Shown: positions 45,861 to 56,589, counted from the first letter of the whole stretch. The stretch is 57,434 nt of DNA, filler included, from Candidatus Zhuqueibacterota bacterium (GCA_016783505.1; 3 parts of 3 records of this genome joined end to end with filler, not necessarily neighbours in it), one strand, 5' to 3'. The notes: generated by a model from the letters alone, not told the origin. Made by a program: numbers and translations.

Positions 45861-47621
45861 ATGACTGATGAGTTTACAGCTAATTCACGAGATATTCAAC
45901 CGGCTCGCCGGGTGCTTGTCATTGGTTTAGATGGAGCTACGTGGACAATTTTAAAGCCGTTAGTAGAGGCAAACGAATTGCCGGTGCTGAATAAATTGAT
46001 GTCTGCTGGAGCCTATGGCGCGATGCGCACAGTTCTGCCACCGACGAGTGCTCCTTCTTGGACATCCGCGTTTACTGGCCAGAATCCTGGTAAGCATGGC
46101 GTGTATGAGTTCTTTGTACGCAGATCCGTTGAGAACGGATTTACCTATGTGGATTCACGTAGCAGGGCTACAAAAGCTCTGTGGGAAATTTTAGGGGAGC
46201 GAGGTAAGTCTGTAGGCGTAGTCAATATATTGACTACTCACCCAGCAGAAAAGGTGAAGGGGTTTATGATGTCTGGTAGTTTCGCACCGTACCCAAAAAC
46301 CGATTTCTTTTACCCGCCATCATTAGGTGAACGACTTAGGCAAAAGTTTGGAAAATTTAAACTCCGCGAACCATTCCATCCCAAGTATTGGGGACATAGA
46401 ATCTCTAATTATGTCACTTTATGGCGAGAAATTCTCGCTATAAGAACCGAGATAAATCTCTTTTTAATGGAAGAGTATCCGTGGGATTTTCTGATGACGG
46501 TGATTTCATGTACCGACCACATCCAACACGCAGCATGGAAATATATTGATGAGACGCATCCAGAGCATATCCCAGGCCATCGAGATGCATTCATTGCATT
46601 CTATCGAGATGTAGACGCTGCAGTGGGCAAGTTGGTTGAGAAGGCTGACGATGGTGAAACTTCAATCATCATTATGTCTGATCACGGCTTTGGACCGCGC
46701 TACAAACATTTTTTCTTGAGCCAGTGGCTTGAAGACATGGGATGGTTAAAGACAAAGGACTTGTCAACGGATTTTTTGGAAGCTACATTTGTTCTGATCT
46801 TGCAACGTATGGGGATATCGAATGAACGAGCAAAAGTCTTGAGTAGCTATATTACACGTGCGATTGATGTGATTTCCCCCCTTCCTCTGGCGCGATTGTT
46901 GGATCGTATCCTACGCACTGTTGGACCCAAAGTCGGACTACAGTATTACCCCACTTGCGACTGGTCACAAACCAAGGTGTATTGTAGTCCATGTTGTTTC
47001 GGGCAACTTTTCGTAAACCTAAAAGGTCGTGAACCATCAGGTATCGTCAGCTCAGACGAGTATGATAGCATCTTGGACGTATTGGAGGAGGGGCTCTTCG
47101 ACGTCAAGGACCCAGAAAGCGGTGTGCAGGTCATCGAAAGGATATCGCGGGGCAGAGAGATATATAAAGGGCCATTGGTGCATCTAGCGCCTGATCTGCT
47201 GCTGCAGTCCGCCGGCGATATGGCATATTACTATGTAAACACAGGAAGCAGCCCAGACGGAACCCAGGTCACCTTGCCGGCTGTCGGTACGCGGACAGCC
47301 AACTATTCAGGTCATCACTCGCGTATGGGGTTGTTCTTACTCTACGGTAAGCATATCAGATCTCGGGGCGAAATGTCTGAGGTTTCTATTGTTGATATAG
47401 CACCCACCGTGCTTTATCTCTTGGGCGAGCCTATTCCCACCCAAATGGATGGGCAGGTACTGACTGAGGCGCTGTGTGACGATTTCGTTTCCAAATTTCC
47501 AGTACAATACGATCAAATGTTCGTGGATGTACGTAGCGAGGGCGGCTCTGCAAATGTTTATGACGACGAAGAGATCAAAGAAATAGAAGAACGCTTACGT
47601 TCGATGGGTTATATATCTTGA
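45861..47621 (+). CDS. Alkaline-phosphatase superfamily protein (type I phosphodiesterase / nucleotide pyrophosphatase)
   Basis: VIGLDGATW, SAPSWTSAFTGQNPGKHGVYEF, DHIQH, MSDHGF, VNLKGREP.G, GHH, DIAPTVL, EERLRSMGYI. Confidence 0.9.
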   Translation: MTDEFTANSRDIQPARRVLVIGLDGATWTILKPLVEANELPVLNKLMSAGAYGAMRTVLPPTSAPSWTSAFTGQNPGKHGVYEFFVRRSVENGFTYVDSRSRATKALWEILGERGKSVGVVNILTTHPAEKVKGFMMSGSFAPYPKTDFFYPPSLGERLRQKFGKFKLREPFHPKYWGHRISNYVTLWREILAIRTEINLFLMEEYPWDFLMTVISCTDHIQHAAWKYIDETHPEHIPGHRDAFIAFYRDVDAAVGKLVEKADDGETSIIIMSDHGFGPRYKHFFLSQWLEDMGWLKTKDLSTDFLEATFVLILQRMGISNERAKVLSSYITRAIDVISPLPLARLLDRILRTVGPKVGLQYYPTCDWSQTKVYCSPCCFGQLFVNLKGREPSGIVSSDEYDSILDVLEEGLFDVKDPESGVQVIERISRGREIYKGPLVHLAPDLLLQSAGDMAYYYVNTGSSPDGTQVTLPAVGTRTANYSGHHSRMGLFLLYGKHIRSRGEMSEVSIVDIAPTVLYLLGEPIPTQMDGQVLTEALCDDFVSKFPVQYDQMFVDVRSEGGSANVYDDEEIKEIEERLRSMGYIS

Positions 47622-47870
47622 AAACAACACGGAGACGGTTGTTCATCCTAATTTACAGTGTCGTTGGCTTTCTGGTATTGGCCGGAGTAGCCTATTACCT
47701 ATCTTCACAGCTAGATTTATCGGATGTTTGAGTACTCGATGGTTAAACAATTGTCTGAATTATCGGCCTGTCGCTGGCGAATTTATGTTTTCATGTTATT
47801 CGGGAGAAGGTTTTGTTGTCTGGCATTGGTTATCCAGTTGTTTTGCGCAAACTTTTTCTCGTCTCTACGC
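47618..47870 (+). pseudogene. Decayed LPG-synthase TM / flippase-like gene
   Basis: TTG overlapping the upstream TGA; MKTTRRRLFILIYSVVGFLVLAGVAYYL...; in-frame stops at 47729, 47744 and 47756; resumes IIGLSLANLCFHVIREKVLLSGIGYPVVLRKLF. Confidence 0.55.
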
Positions 47871-48010
47871 ATCGTTGGTATCTTTACGCTCGCGTAACGG
47901 AGACTCAAATGGCGATTAATTCAAAAAATTTCAGATTTTCTGTAAAGAACAAAATCGCATAGGAAAAGATGGCCAACATTATGTCCTTGAGGATCTCAAA
48001 AGCTTGAAAC

Positions 48011-48982
48011 ATGCGTAACTTCTTGGAAAATGAAAAGGTTAAAAGCTGGGCATCCACCGCACTGCTAATAATCATTATACTCCTCAGCGTTTTTTTTATT
48101 TATCACCACAGGGAAGACCTTGCCAAAATATCGAGCATATCTATTCCATTCATTGGCATCATATCATTGTTGATTTTGATTTTTATCGTCCTTAACGGAC
48201 TCATAGTTAAAGTTATTATGGGGTTTTTCGAGATTTGTTTGCCTTTAAAGGAATGGTTGGGATTGACCGTTATAACCACTATGTCCAATTATTTTGTACC
48301 CCTGAAAGGAGGTGTTTCTACACGGGCATTATATCTCAAGAAAAAGTATAATTTTCAATACGCCAAATTCCTGGCTTCAATGGCCGGAACATATGTAATA
48401 TATTTTGGTGTTATTGGTTTTTTGGGTATGGCCACCCTTTTTGCTTATTTTGGGTTGTACGGAAAATTCTATATGAAGCTATTCCCTATTTTTCTGGTTG
48501 TCTGGTGTGGATCAGTATTTCTATCTTTTCTGTTAAAGAAATCGACCAGACTGAGGTTCCGCTGGAAAGTGGTATCAAGCATTTTCGAAGGGTTCAGCTA
48601 TTTCAGAAACAAGCGAAAAAAAGTCCTCAGGTTGGCAATTCTTTCAACTGCGAGCTGTGTGGTTATGGCTTTAAGGCTTTTTTTTGCCTTTACCGCTCTT
48701 GACATAAAAGTAAATTTCCTTCATGTCCTGATTGTTGGACTTCTTTCTTCTCTTTCAATTGTTCTCAGTTTAACCCCGGGCAACCTGGGGATTAAAGAAG
48801 CTATAATCACTTTTTCTTCTCATATGTTAGGTTATGAATTAACCGATGGTTTTCTGGTGGCAGTTATCGACCGTTCACTTACTTTATTAGTCATTTTCAT
48901 CCTTGGGCCCATTTTCAGTTTTGTATTGCTAAAGACTCCTAAATTGGCCATTACACCCAAGGAGGGTGTTGAGAGAAAATGA
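48011..48982 (+). CDS. Lysylphosphatidylglycerol-synthase TM domain / flippase-like protein (UPF0104)
   Basis: NYFVPLKGG..RALYLK, LTPGNLGIKE, IDR; multi-TM. Confidence 0.85.
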   Translation: MRNFLENEKVKSWASTALLIIIILLSVFFIYHHREDLAKISSISIPFIGIISLLILIFIVLNGLIVKVIMGFFEICLPLKEWLGLTVITTMSNYFVPLKGGVSTRALYLKKKYNFQYAKFLASMAGTYVIYFGVIGFLGMATLFAYFGLYGKFYMKLFPIFLVVWCGSVFLSFLLKKSTRLRFRWKVVSSIFEGFSYFRNKRKKVLRLAILSTASCVVMALRLFFAFTALDIKVNFLHVLIVGLLSSLSIVLSLTPGNLGIKEAIITFSSHMLGYELTDGFLVAVIDRSLTLLVIFILGPIFSFVLLKTPKLAITPKEGVERK

Positions 48983-50562
48983 GGGCAAAAAATTATAAAT
49001 TTTTCATTAGGATAGAGGTTCTGCTCCTGCTCTTTTTTTTAAGTCTTTACCTTCTGGCCATGAATGGCCGTTTTTCTACCTCGATGGACGTAGAGGTGTA
49101 TCGCACGGCGATGAGTCTGGTCGAAGATGGCGATTTCGGGCTTAAAGAGAAAGCGCTGGCCAGCAGAGTCGGAGTAGATGGCAAGCACTACTGCGTTGAA
49201 GGCTTAGCCGTTATCCTTGTGGCTACTCCCTTCATCTTTTTTTCCAAATTGACCGGCATCCCACCGCATAACTTGGTGATCTTGATGAATCAAATCCTGA
49301 CTCCTATCGTTTGCCTATTAATATTTCTTCTGGGCCGGGAGTTAAGATATTCGGTGAGGACTTCCATTTTGCTGGCCTTTGTTTATGGCGCTGGTACAAT
49401 GGCCTTTGTTCACTCAAAATATATGCTTCCAGAACCACTGTTTTCAGTGGCTTTTCTGTCGGCGGTACTCTTCCTTTTTAAATACAGGAAGTTGAGGAAG
49501 GTTCAATACTTATTACTCTCAGGGTGCTTTGCTGGAGTAACCATTCTTATAAGAGCAGACGCTGTTCTCTTCATATTCGGCATGTCAATTGGGGTGGCGG
49601 CCACTCTTTTGAAGAATTATAGAACCGGTAACTCCTCCCTTACAGCGTTGATAAGAGAGGTCTTCTTTTTTGTTGTGCCGTTGTTGTTCTTTTTTTCTGT
49701 TTTCTTTTATTACAACTATTCTAGATTTGGAAATATCTTAGAAACCGGTTATACATTAAAAAACGAAGGTCAGATCGCAACTTTATCATATACGAGCCGT
49801 TTTTTAAATGTAAAAAATACCCTGGGTGGTTTTTGGGGAATGTGGGTAATTCCGTGCCGGAGCATTTTTTTTATTAACCCTGTTCTTGTTTTCGTCTTCT
49901 TTTCTTTGAAAGAATTTTGGAAAAAATTCAAGTATGAATCGATCGTTTTACTCATAATATTTGCAATGTATACTTTTTTATATATGAATAGAGGGCCAAA
50001 AGGATTTCCCGGTTCTGCTGCTTGGGGAGCAAGGTACATGCTACCTATGGTCTCTTTCATGGTACTACCAATTGGTGTATTTGTTGAAAACATTTTCAGG
50101 GAGAAGAATGATTCCTTGAAAAAGGTTTTTTTTTCAATTTTTGTAATTTCTTTTGTCTTCCAACTTATTGGCAGCAGCATAAATTATCAAAAGGTTCAAA
50201 TGCCTCTGGAAAATGTTTACAAAAAATTATATAACGATCCTTCGATGGCCAGACTAAAGTTAACCACCGATCCCAGATGGAACTTGGTCTACCAGAATTT
50301 AAAGGTGTTGAAGACGGGGCGAGTTGATGTTAAGGAGAAGGGCCAGATATATTCCTTTAGGGTTGGCCGCGATTCCGATTTTATGTTTTACAATTACCTA
50401 CGGCGGGGTAACGTTCCTGACTGGGTGATTATTTCTCTGTTTTTTATAATTACTACCCTGCTGACTTCCGGCTATCTGCTCTTCAAGCCACTTCTGCTTC
50501 CAGTCAAAGAGCCGGTGAGAAAAGAGAAATTCAAGGGAAAGAAAAAGAAGAAAAGGCGGTAA
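48979..50562 (+). CDS. GT-C fold membrane glycosyltransferase (GT39 / PMT_2 / ArnT-like)
   Basis: N-terminal loop SMDVE, LPEPL, YNYSRFGNILETGY, WGARYMLP; about 11-12 TM segments. Confidence 0.7.
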   Translation: MRAKNYKFFIRIEVLLLLFFLSLYLLAMNGRFSTSMDVEVYRTAMSLVEDGDFGLKEKALASRVGVDGKHYCVEGLAVILVATPFIFFSKLTGIPPHNLVILMNQILTPIVCLLIFLLGRELRYSVRTSILLAFVYGAGTMAFVHSKYMLPEPLFSVAFLSAVLFLFKYRKLRKVQYLLLSGCFAGVTILIRADAVLFIFGMSIGVAATLLKNYRTGNSSLTALIREVFFFVVPLLFFFSVFFYYNYSRFGNILETGYTLKNEGQIATLSYTSRFLNVKNTLGGFWGMWVIPCRSIFFINPVLVFVFFSLKEFWKKFKYESIVLLIIFAMYTFLYMNRGPKGFPGSAAWGARYMLPMVSFMVLPIGVFVENIFREKNDSLKKVFFSIFVISFVFQLIGSSINYQKVQMPLENVYKKLYNDPSMARLKLTTDPRWNLVYQNLKVLKTGRVDVKEKGQIYSFRVGRDSDFMFYNYLRRGNVPDWVIISLFFIITTLLTSGYLLFKPLLLPVKEPVRKEKFKGKKKKKRR

Positions 50563-50892
50563 ACGTCTCCGAATTTCTGAGAATTGACTTTAATAAAATG
50601 AGTAGGTTGCGTAAAACGTTTATCGGTTGTCCCGATCCCGAAACTTCGGGACGGGAAAAAGTCAAACGTTTGCGTTCCTACGACCGAAGACCGATTGACG
50701 GTAGACGATATCCCGAACCTTCGGGACGAAACAGCCCAGAGTTGACTTGCTCGGAGTAAAGGTTTCTTGGTTTAGAGCATTGGGATTTTGGTCATTGTAA
50801 TTTGTTTCGGATTTCGGTATTCGGATTTCGGAATTTTTTACCCATATTGTGCTCGTCGGTTTGCAGCGAAGCTTCGCTAAGAAGGAGGGTAT

Positions 50893-51945
50893 ATGACTGA
50901 GACAGTCAACGTGGCTGTCGTCGGATGCGGATATTGGGGGCCGAACCTCATCCGGAATTTCTATCAGCTTCTTGGAGCCAGACTTCTCACCGTGTGCGAT
51001 CTTAAGGAGGATCGCTTAGATTATGCGAGAAAGCATTTTCCTGGCGTGGGGGTGAGTAATGATGTGGGTTCAATTTTGGCTCACCCCGATATCGATGCCG
51101 TGGTTCTGACCACCCAGGCCGATAGCCACTACCGGTTGGCCAGTGAGGCTCTAGAAGCGGGCAAACACGTCTTGGTGGAAAAACCGCTGGCTCAGACAGC
51201 CGCCGAGTGTCTGAAGTTAATAGATTTGGCCGCTTCAAAAAATAGGGTTTTGATGGTGGGACACACCTTTTTGTATAACGCCGCTGTCCGGAAATTGAAA
51301 GAATTTATGGCTAATGGTGAGTTGGGAGAGATTTACTACCTCTCTTCCAGCCGGTTGAATTTGGGACGGATAAGATCTGACATAAATGCTATGTGGAACT
51401 TTGCCCCTCACGATGTATCTATTATTTTATATCTTTTAGACAAAAAGCCTGTCGCCGTGAGTGCAAAAGGCCGATCTTACATTCAACCGCACATCGAAGA
51501 CGTGGTCTTTATGCATTTAGATTTTGCCAATGGTATCAGCGCAAACATTCATATCTCATGGTTAGACCCCAACAAAGTTAGAAAGATGACCGTGGTGGGA
51601 AGCAAAAAGATGGTGGTTTACGACGATGTGAGTCCTGATGCTAAAATCACTGTCTACGATAAAGGGATAGACAAGATTAACATTTCTAATTCATTGGGCG
51701 ATTTTGAAACTTTTGGCGAGTTCCAACTGAGGTTGCGGGCTGGGGACATGCACGTGCCCAGGATTGAATTTGTCGAACCTTTAAAGATGGAGTGCGCCCA
51801 TTTCATAGATTGCATTAAAAACAACAAAAGACCTCTGACCGACGGTGAAGAGGGTTACTGGGTGGTTCGGATCCTCGAGGCTGGCCAGCGATCCATGGAT
51901 AAAGGGGGCGTGCCGATTGAAATAGAGTGGGAGAGAGGTGGCTGA
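50893..51945 (+). CDS. Gfo/Idh/MocA oxidoreductase (WlbA/WbpB-like sugar 3-dehydrogenase)
   Basis: GCGYWGPNLIRN, GKHVLVEKP, MVGHTF, RLNLG, APHD, SWLDP.KVR. Confidence 0.88.
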   Translation: MTETVNVAVVGCGYWGPNLIRNFYQLLGARLLTVCDLKEDRLDYARKHFPGVGVSNDVGSILAHPDIDAVVLTTQADSHYRLASEALEAGKHVLVEKPLAQTAAECLKLIDLAASKNRVLMVGHTFLYNAAVRKLKEFMANGELGEIYYLSSSRLNLGRIRSDINAMWNFAPHDVSIILYLLDKKPVAVSAKGRSYIQPHIEDVVFMHLDFANGISANIHISWLDPNKVRKMTVVGSKKMVVYDDVSPDAKITVYDKGIDKINISNSLGDFETFGEFQLRLRAGDMHVPRIEFVEPLKMECAHFIDCIKNNKRPLTDGEEGYWVVRILEAGQRSMDKGGVPIEIEWERGG

Positions 51946-52570
51946 AAATTACATAATATACCCGGGGGTTGAAATTGGAGAGAACCCGAGCATTGGAGAA
52001 TACGTTATTCTCGGCCAGCCACCGAGGGGTAAAAGATCGGGAGAGATGGATACTCAAATCGGAGCGCAGGCGATCATCCGCTCTCATACGGTGATCTATG
52101 CTGGCAACAGGATCGGAGATTACTTCCAAACCGGACATGGCGTCATGGTCCGGGAGGAGAACGAGATCGGCCACCACGTCAGCATCGGAACGGGGTCGGT
52201 GGTGGAGCACCACGTGAAGATCGGCCATAATGTCCGCATCCATTCCCAGGCCTTCGTCCCGGAATACTCCGTCCTGGAGGACAAATGCTGGATCGGACCG
52301 AACGTGGTGTTGATCAATGCGCTCCATCCGCTGTGCCCAAAGGCGAAGGAGTGTCTGAAAGGCCCGACAATAAAGGCAGGGGCGAAGATCGGGGCCAATG
52401 CCACCCTCCTGCCGGATATCGAGATCGGTGAAAACGCTCTCGTTGGTGCCGGCAGTGTGGTGGTGGACGACGTACCTGCTCGGGCGGTTGTGGCGGGAAA
52501 TCCAGCTAAATTCATCAAAACCGTTGATGATTTAGATTGTCCCTATGGTTTGTGTGAGAAACCGTATTAA
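51938..52570 (+). CDS. Hexapeptide-repeat N-acetyltransferase (WlbB/WbpD-like)
   Basis: Left-handed beta-helix repeats, IGPNVVLIN, GAKIGANATLLP, VGAGSVV, VAGNPA. Confidence 0.88.
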   Translation: MAENYIIYPGVEIGENPSIGEYVILGQPPRGKRSGEMDTQIGAQAIIRSHTVIYAGNRIGDYFQTGHGVMVREENEIGHHVSIGTGSVVEHHVKIGHNVRIHSQAFVPEYSVLEDKCWIGPNVVLINALHPLCPKAKECLKGPTIKAGAKIGANATLLPDIEIGENALVGAGSVVVDDVPARAVVAGNPAKFIKTVDDLDCPYGLCEKPY

Positions 52571-52579
52571 GGAGGAGAT

Positions 52580-53686
52580 ATGACCATACCCATGGTTGAT
52601 CTGAAGAGACAGTATCTGACGATGAAGGATGAGATCGATCGGGCCATTCAAGGGGTGATCGACACCACGGCCTTTATCAGAAGCAAAAACGTGAACCAAT
52701 TCGAAGAGGAGTTCGCCGCCTATTGTGGGGCCACCCACGGTGTGGCCTGCAGTTCCGGGACCACGGCCCTGCAGCTGGCGCTGAAAGCGTGCGGGGTGGG
52801 ACCGGGAGACGAGGTGATCACTGTGCCCTTCACCTTCATCGCCACCACCGAGTCCATCTCCAATGTCGGGGGCAAACCGGTCTTTGTGGACATCGAGGAG
52901 GAGAGCTACAATATTGACGTGTCAGCCATTGAGAAGGCCATTACTAAAAGGACCAAAGCAATTATCCCAGTGGATCTTTATGGTCAACCGGCCGATCTGG
53001 ATCCCATTTTTGAAATTGCCGATAAACATAACATAGTGGTAATTGAAGATGCGGCTCAAGCCCATGCCTCCGAATATAAGGGGAGAAAAATCGGAGGGCT
53101 GAGCCCCCTCACCTGCTATAGCTTCTTTCCGGGGAAGAACCTGGGGGCATACGGCGATGCTGGTATGGTCCTGACCAACAGCGAGGGGATGGCCGAGCGG
53201 ATGCGCATGCTGTGCGACCACGGGCGAAAGGGTAAATATGAGTACGAAATTGAAGGGTACAACTTCCGCATGGACGGGATGCAGGCGGCCATATTGAGCG
53301 TAAAATTGAAGCATCTTGACGATTGGACCGGGATGAGGCGTAGGAATGCCCGGTTGTACAACCAATATTTGGAGGACGTGGGCGTCATCACCCCTGTCGA
53401 GAAAGAATTCGCCAAACACGTTTATCACTGCTACGTCATTCGGACCAAACACCGGGAACGGATTCAGGAGAGGCTGAAAGCGGAGGGGATCGCCACGGGT
53501 GTCCATTACCCCATCGTACTTCACCTCCAGCCGGCCTATTGCTGTCTGGGATATAAGCGGGGTGACTTTCCCGTGAGCGAGCATTGCGCGGCTCAGGTGT
53601 TGTCACTGCCCATGTTTCCTGAGTTGACCGAGGAGGAGATAGTGAGAATTTCCGTACTGGTGAAGGAATCAATGCCGGATTCTTGA
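52580..53686 (+). CDS. DegT/DnrJ/EryC1/StrS PLP aminotransferase (WlbC/WbpE-like)
   Basis: SGTTAL, FTFIAT, IEDAAQAH, SFFPGKNLGAYGDAG, NFRMD, HYP, LSLPM. Confidence 0.92.
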   Translation: MTIPMVDLKRQYLTMKDEIDRAIQGVIDTTAFIRSKNVNQFEEEFAAYCGATHGVACSSGTTALQLALKACGVGPGDEVITVPFTFIATTESISNVGGKPVFVDIEEESYNIDVSAIEKAITKRTKAIIPVDLYGQPADLDPIFEIADKHNIVVIEDAAQAHASEYKGRKIGGLSPLTCYSFFPGKNLGAYGDAGMVLTNSEGMAERMRMLCDHGRKGKYEYEIEGYNFRMDGMQAAILSVKLKHLDDWTGMRRRNARLYNQYLEDVGVITPVEKEFAKHVYHCYVIRTKHRERIQERLKAEGIATGVHYPIVLHLQPAYCCLGYKRGDFPVSEHCAAQVLSLPMFPELTEEEIVRISVLVKESMPDS

Positions 53687-53862
53687 TATACGATTATAGA
53701 TTCCGAATTTTTTTTTGTGATCGTTCAGCCATTTGAAGTTGAAAAGCAGCAGAGGAGCAGAAGAAAAATTGACAATTGTCAATTTAAAATTGTCAATTAT
53801 GATACTTCCCATTCGTTGTCAACTTTAGATAGCTAAACCAATATCATTTCGCAGGATGAAAT

Positions 53863-54795
53863 ATGATGCCACGGCCAGAAGTATCTGTGTTCATACCCGC
53901 CCATAACGAGAAAGAGAACGTGGCCCCTCTGATGGATAAGGTGGCCAAGACCTTTGCTGACAACAGCATTGATGGCGAACTGGTTTTCGTCAATGATGGG
54001 AGTACCGATGGCACCAAGGAGGAGGCAGAAAAGGCTGCCGCCAAATACGATTTTGTAAAGGTAATTAACCATCGGATCAACCTCGGGCTGACTGAGGCTT
54101 TCAAGACAGGATTTGATCACGTGTCCGGGGACGTGATTATTTTTCTGTGTGCCGATTTGGAGTCTGATCCTGAGGAGGATATTCCCAAGCTGCTGGCTGA
54201 GATCCGAAAGGGGTACGATATGGTGGTGGGTTGGCGGCAGGGGAGACGGGACAGCAAGATTGTGGCCTCCAAAATTTACAACTTCGTCTCCCGCCGGCTG
54301 TTTCGGGTCTCTGCCCACGACATGAACTGGATCAAGGCCTTCCGCCGAGAGCTCATTGATGACCTGCCCCTGCGGTCCGATTGGCACCGTTTTCTCTATA
54401 TCCTGGCTGCCTCTCAGGGGTATAAGGTCACTGAGGTGAGGACGGGTTATCACCCCCGCAAACGCGGCCGATCGAAATACGGACTGACGCGTATCCCTAT
54501 CTCCTTCCTGGATGTCATCGGTCTCAAATTTCAGTTGGTCTTTAGCAAAAAACCCCTCCTATTCTTTGGAGGTGTAGGCTCTGTCTTGGTCGGCATCAGT
54601 TTGATTTTCGGCGTGGTGTTCATCGTCCAGTGGTTTATGAAGACGTTCCATTTTCGTCCCATTGTCCTTTTGGCCTCGATGCTCTTTCTGTCCGGGATTC
54701 AACTCTTTATCACCGGCTTCTTGGCTGAGTTGATCGTTACTCAACGGGACAGGATTGAGCGGTTAGAGAAAAAACTCAAAAAGAGGTCTGATTAA
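53863..54795 (+). CDS. GT2 glycosyltransferase (ArnC/DPM-like)
   Basis: IPAHNE, VNDGSTD, CADLESDP, GYDMVVGWR, HRF, GRSKY; two C-terminal TM helices. Confidence 0.9.
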   Translation: MMPRPEVSVFIPAHNEKENVAPLMDKVAKTFADNSIDGELVFVNDGSTDGTKEEAEKAAAKYDFVKVINHRINLGLTEAFKTGFDHVSGDVIIFLCADLESDPEEDIPKLLAEIRKGYDMVVGWRQGRRDSKIVASKIYNFVSRRLFRVSAHDMNWIKAFRRELIDDLPLRSDWHRFLYILAASQGYKVTEVRTGYHPRKRGRSKYGLTRIPISFLDVIGLKFQLVFSKKPLLFFGGVGSVLVGISLIFGVVFIVQWFMKTFHFRPIVLLASMLFLSGIQLFITGFLAELIVTQRDRIERLEKKLKKRSD

Positions 54796-54800
54796 AACTG

Positions 54801-55937
54801 ATGCGCATCTGCATTGTGACCCATTGCTATCCCAGTTCTACCGATGATATCCATGGCAATTGGATTCCGGATTTTGCCCAACTGCTGTTAGAAAAGGGTC
54901 ACCAAGTTTTTATACTCACCCCAAGAATGAAAAATGCTCTGGGAAAAAGGAGGCTCATAAGCTGGCCTTTTGAAGTTATCTACTTTGAATGGAGGGGGGG
55001 AGAGAAAAGATTGGGGGATTTAAAACTTCTTAATCCCCAGGACATGATAAGTCTGTTTAGCCTCTTAAACTACGGCATTAAGGAGTTGGTGAGGTTGATT
55101 GATGAGAATAACATTGATATCTGTCTCGGGGTGTGGACCATTCCCGGAGGATATTTGTGTTACCGGGCCCAAAAGGAGGTGGGTATTCCCTATGTGGTGT
55201 GGAGCTTGGGTTCGGATGTCAATGTCTATGGTCGAAAAAGGGTATTTAGAAGGGTTATAACGAGGGTTTTAAAAAACGCAAATTACGTTTTTTCCAACAG
55301 CAGGGAATTGACTGCGAAGGTCTCTGAGTGGTCTGGAAAGCCTTGCGGTTTTATGCCTACCAATCGGAATTTATCTGCAGGTGGGGAGGTCAAGATTACA
55401 GTTGATGAGACTGCAGCGAACTTTTTGTTCATCGGCCGCTTGGAGAAGGTTAAAGGGATTGATGTCTTAATTGATGCCATGAGTGGCCTCTTAAGTGAAG
55501 GCCAACCCGCCTTTTTATACGTCCTGGGGGATGGTGTTCTTAAAGCCGATCTGGAAAAAAAGGTGGAAAGAGATGGATGGAAAGGGAACATCATTTTCAC
55601 AGGTTGGGCAGACCCCGGTACTGTGGCTGCGTATTTGAGGGCTTGTGACGTTTTAATTATTCCTTCCAGAAGCGAGGGGATGCCGGTGGTCTTCCAAGAA
55701 GCTATGCAGCTACAGATTCCTGTAATAGTAACCAATGTTGGGGATATGGGGAGACTAACCAGGAAATTTGGAGTCGGTGAAGTAGTTGAACACGAAAGCA
55801 TTATACAATTGAAGGCAGCGATGAAAGCTATGGTGGGGGGAGATAAAGAAAATTATAAAAAAAAGATGAATGAAATAGCTAACGAATATGATCTGAGGAA
55901 ATCAGCAGAGACATTTTTAATGAGGATAAAATCCTAA
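54801..55937 (+). CDS. GT4 glycosyltransferase
   Basis: LGSDV, FIGRLEKVKGID, PSRSEGMPVVFQEAM, TNVGD. Confidence 0.9.
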   Translation: MRICIVTHCYPSSTDDIHGNWIPDFAQLLLEKGHQVFILTPRMKNALGKRRLISWPFEVIYFEWRGGEKRLGDLKLLNPQDMISLFSLLNYGIKELVRLIDENNIDICLGVWTIPGGYLCYRAQKEVGIPYVVWSLGSDVNVYGRKRVFRRVITRVLKNANYVFSNSRELTAKVSEWSGKPCGFMPTNRNLSAGGEVKITVDETAANFLFIGRLEKVKGIDVLIDAMSGLLSEGQPAFLYVLGDGVLKADLEKKVERDGWKGNIIFTGWADPGTVAAYLRACDVLIIPSRSEGMPVVFQEAMQLQIPVIVTNVGDMGRLTRKFGVGEVVEHESIIQLKAAMKAMVGGDKENYKKKMNEIANEYDLRKSAETFLMRIKS

Positions 55938-56290
55938 AGATGTCAATCAGTTAAAAATTTAGCGACAAAAGTCCCTCTATAATTTTCATAAAGATTACTG
56001 AAATTTTTGAAGAGTGCCAAAAGATGGATGGTTTTGTCAAGGTAGTTTGGTATAATTACTTTTTAGATTCACTGGGGTACGTGGGATATTTAAAAAATTA
56101 TGTGATATTTTAAAATGGTTGGGGAAAAGGATGTTTATGTGGCCTCCGGCGAAGACATCACAAATTGGTGGGTTAAGAGAAAAAAGGCAGGACTAATAAA
56201 ACTCTGCCAAAAATGAAACGAGGGTATGGGAGTATTCAACAGAGGAGGATCTAAAAAATATAACCTTTTGACAAAGGGTGCTGTAAATGC

Positions 56291-56319
56291 TTGACAAATT
56301 ATAGAATAATTATTATATC
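56291..56319 (+). promoter_or_regulatory. Sigma70-like promoter
   Basis: TTGACA-17 bp-TATATC upstream of the FG-GAP gene. Confidence 0.45.
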
Positions 56320-56589
56320 ATTTCATCTGCAAATCGAAATGTTCTTTTTCCTAAATCGTATTGTTTTGTACCAAAGTCTCGGGATTGGTAATTCGAATTT
56401 AGAATGTATGCTTAACCACACTAAATCGGGAAGAGCCAAAAATAAGACAGGGTCATAGCCGGCGTCTTATTCAAATCAGAAAAAGCCTATTAGAGAAACT
56501 ACGACTAATAAAACATGTCCTATTAACTCGATCTGACAAGAGACAGTCACCAAATAAATGACACCTATCATTCAAACGAGGAGAACATT

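Noticed and set aside
56441-56458. IS/MITE terminal repeat CTAAATCGGGAAGAGCC (weakly similar to 22511-22528)
   Set aside because: No matching partner end or transposase on the same contig
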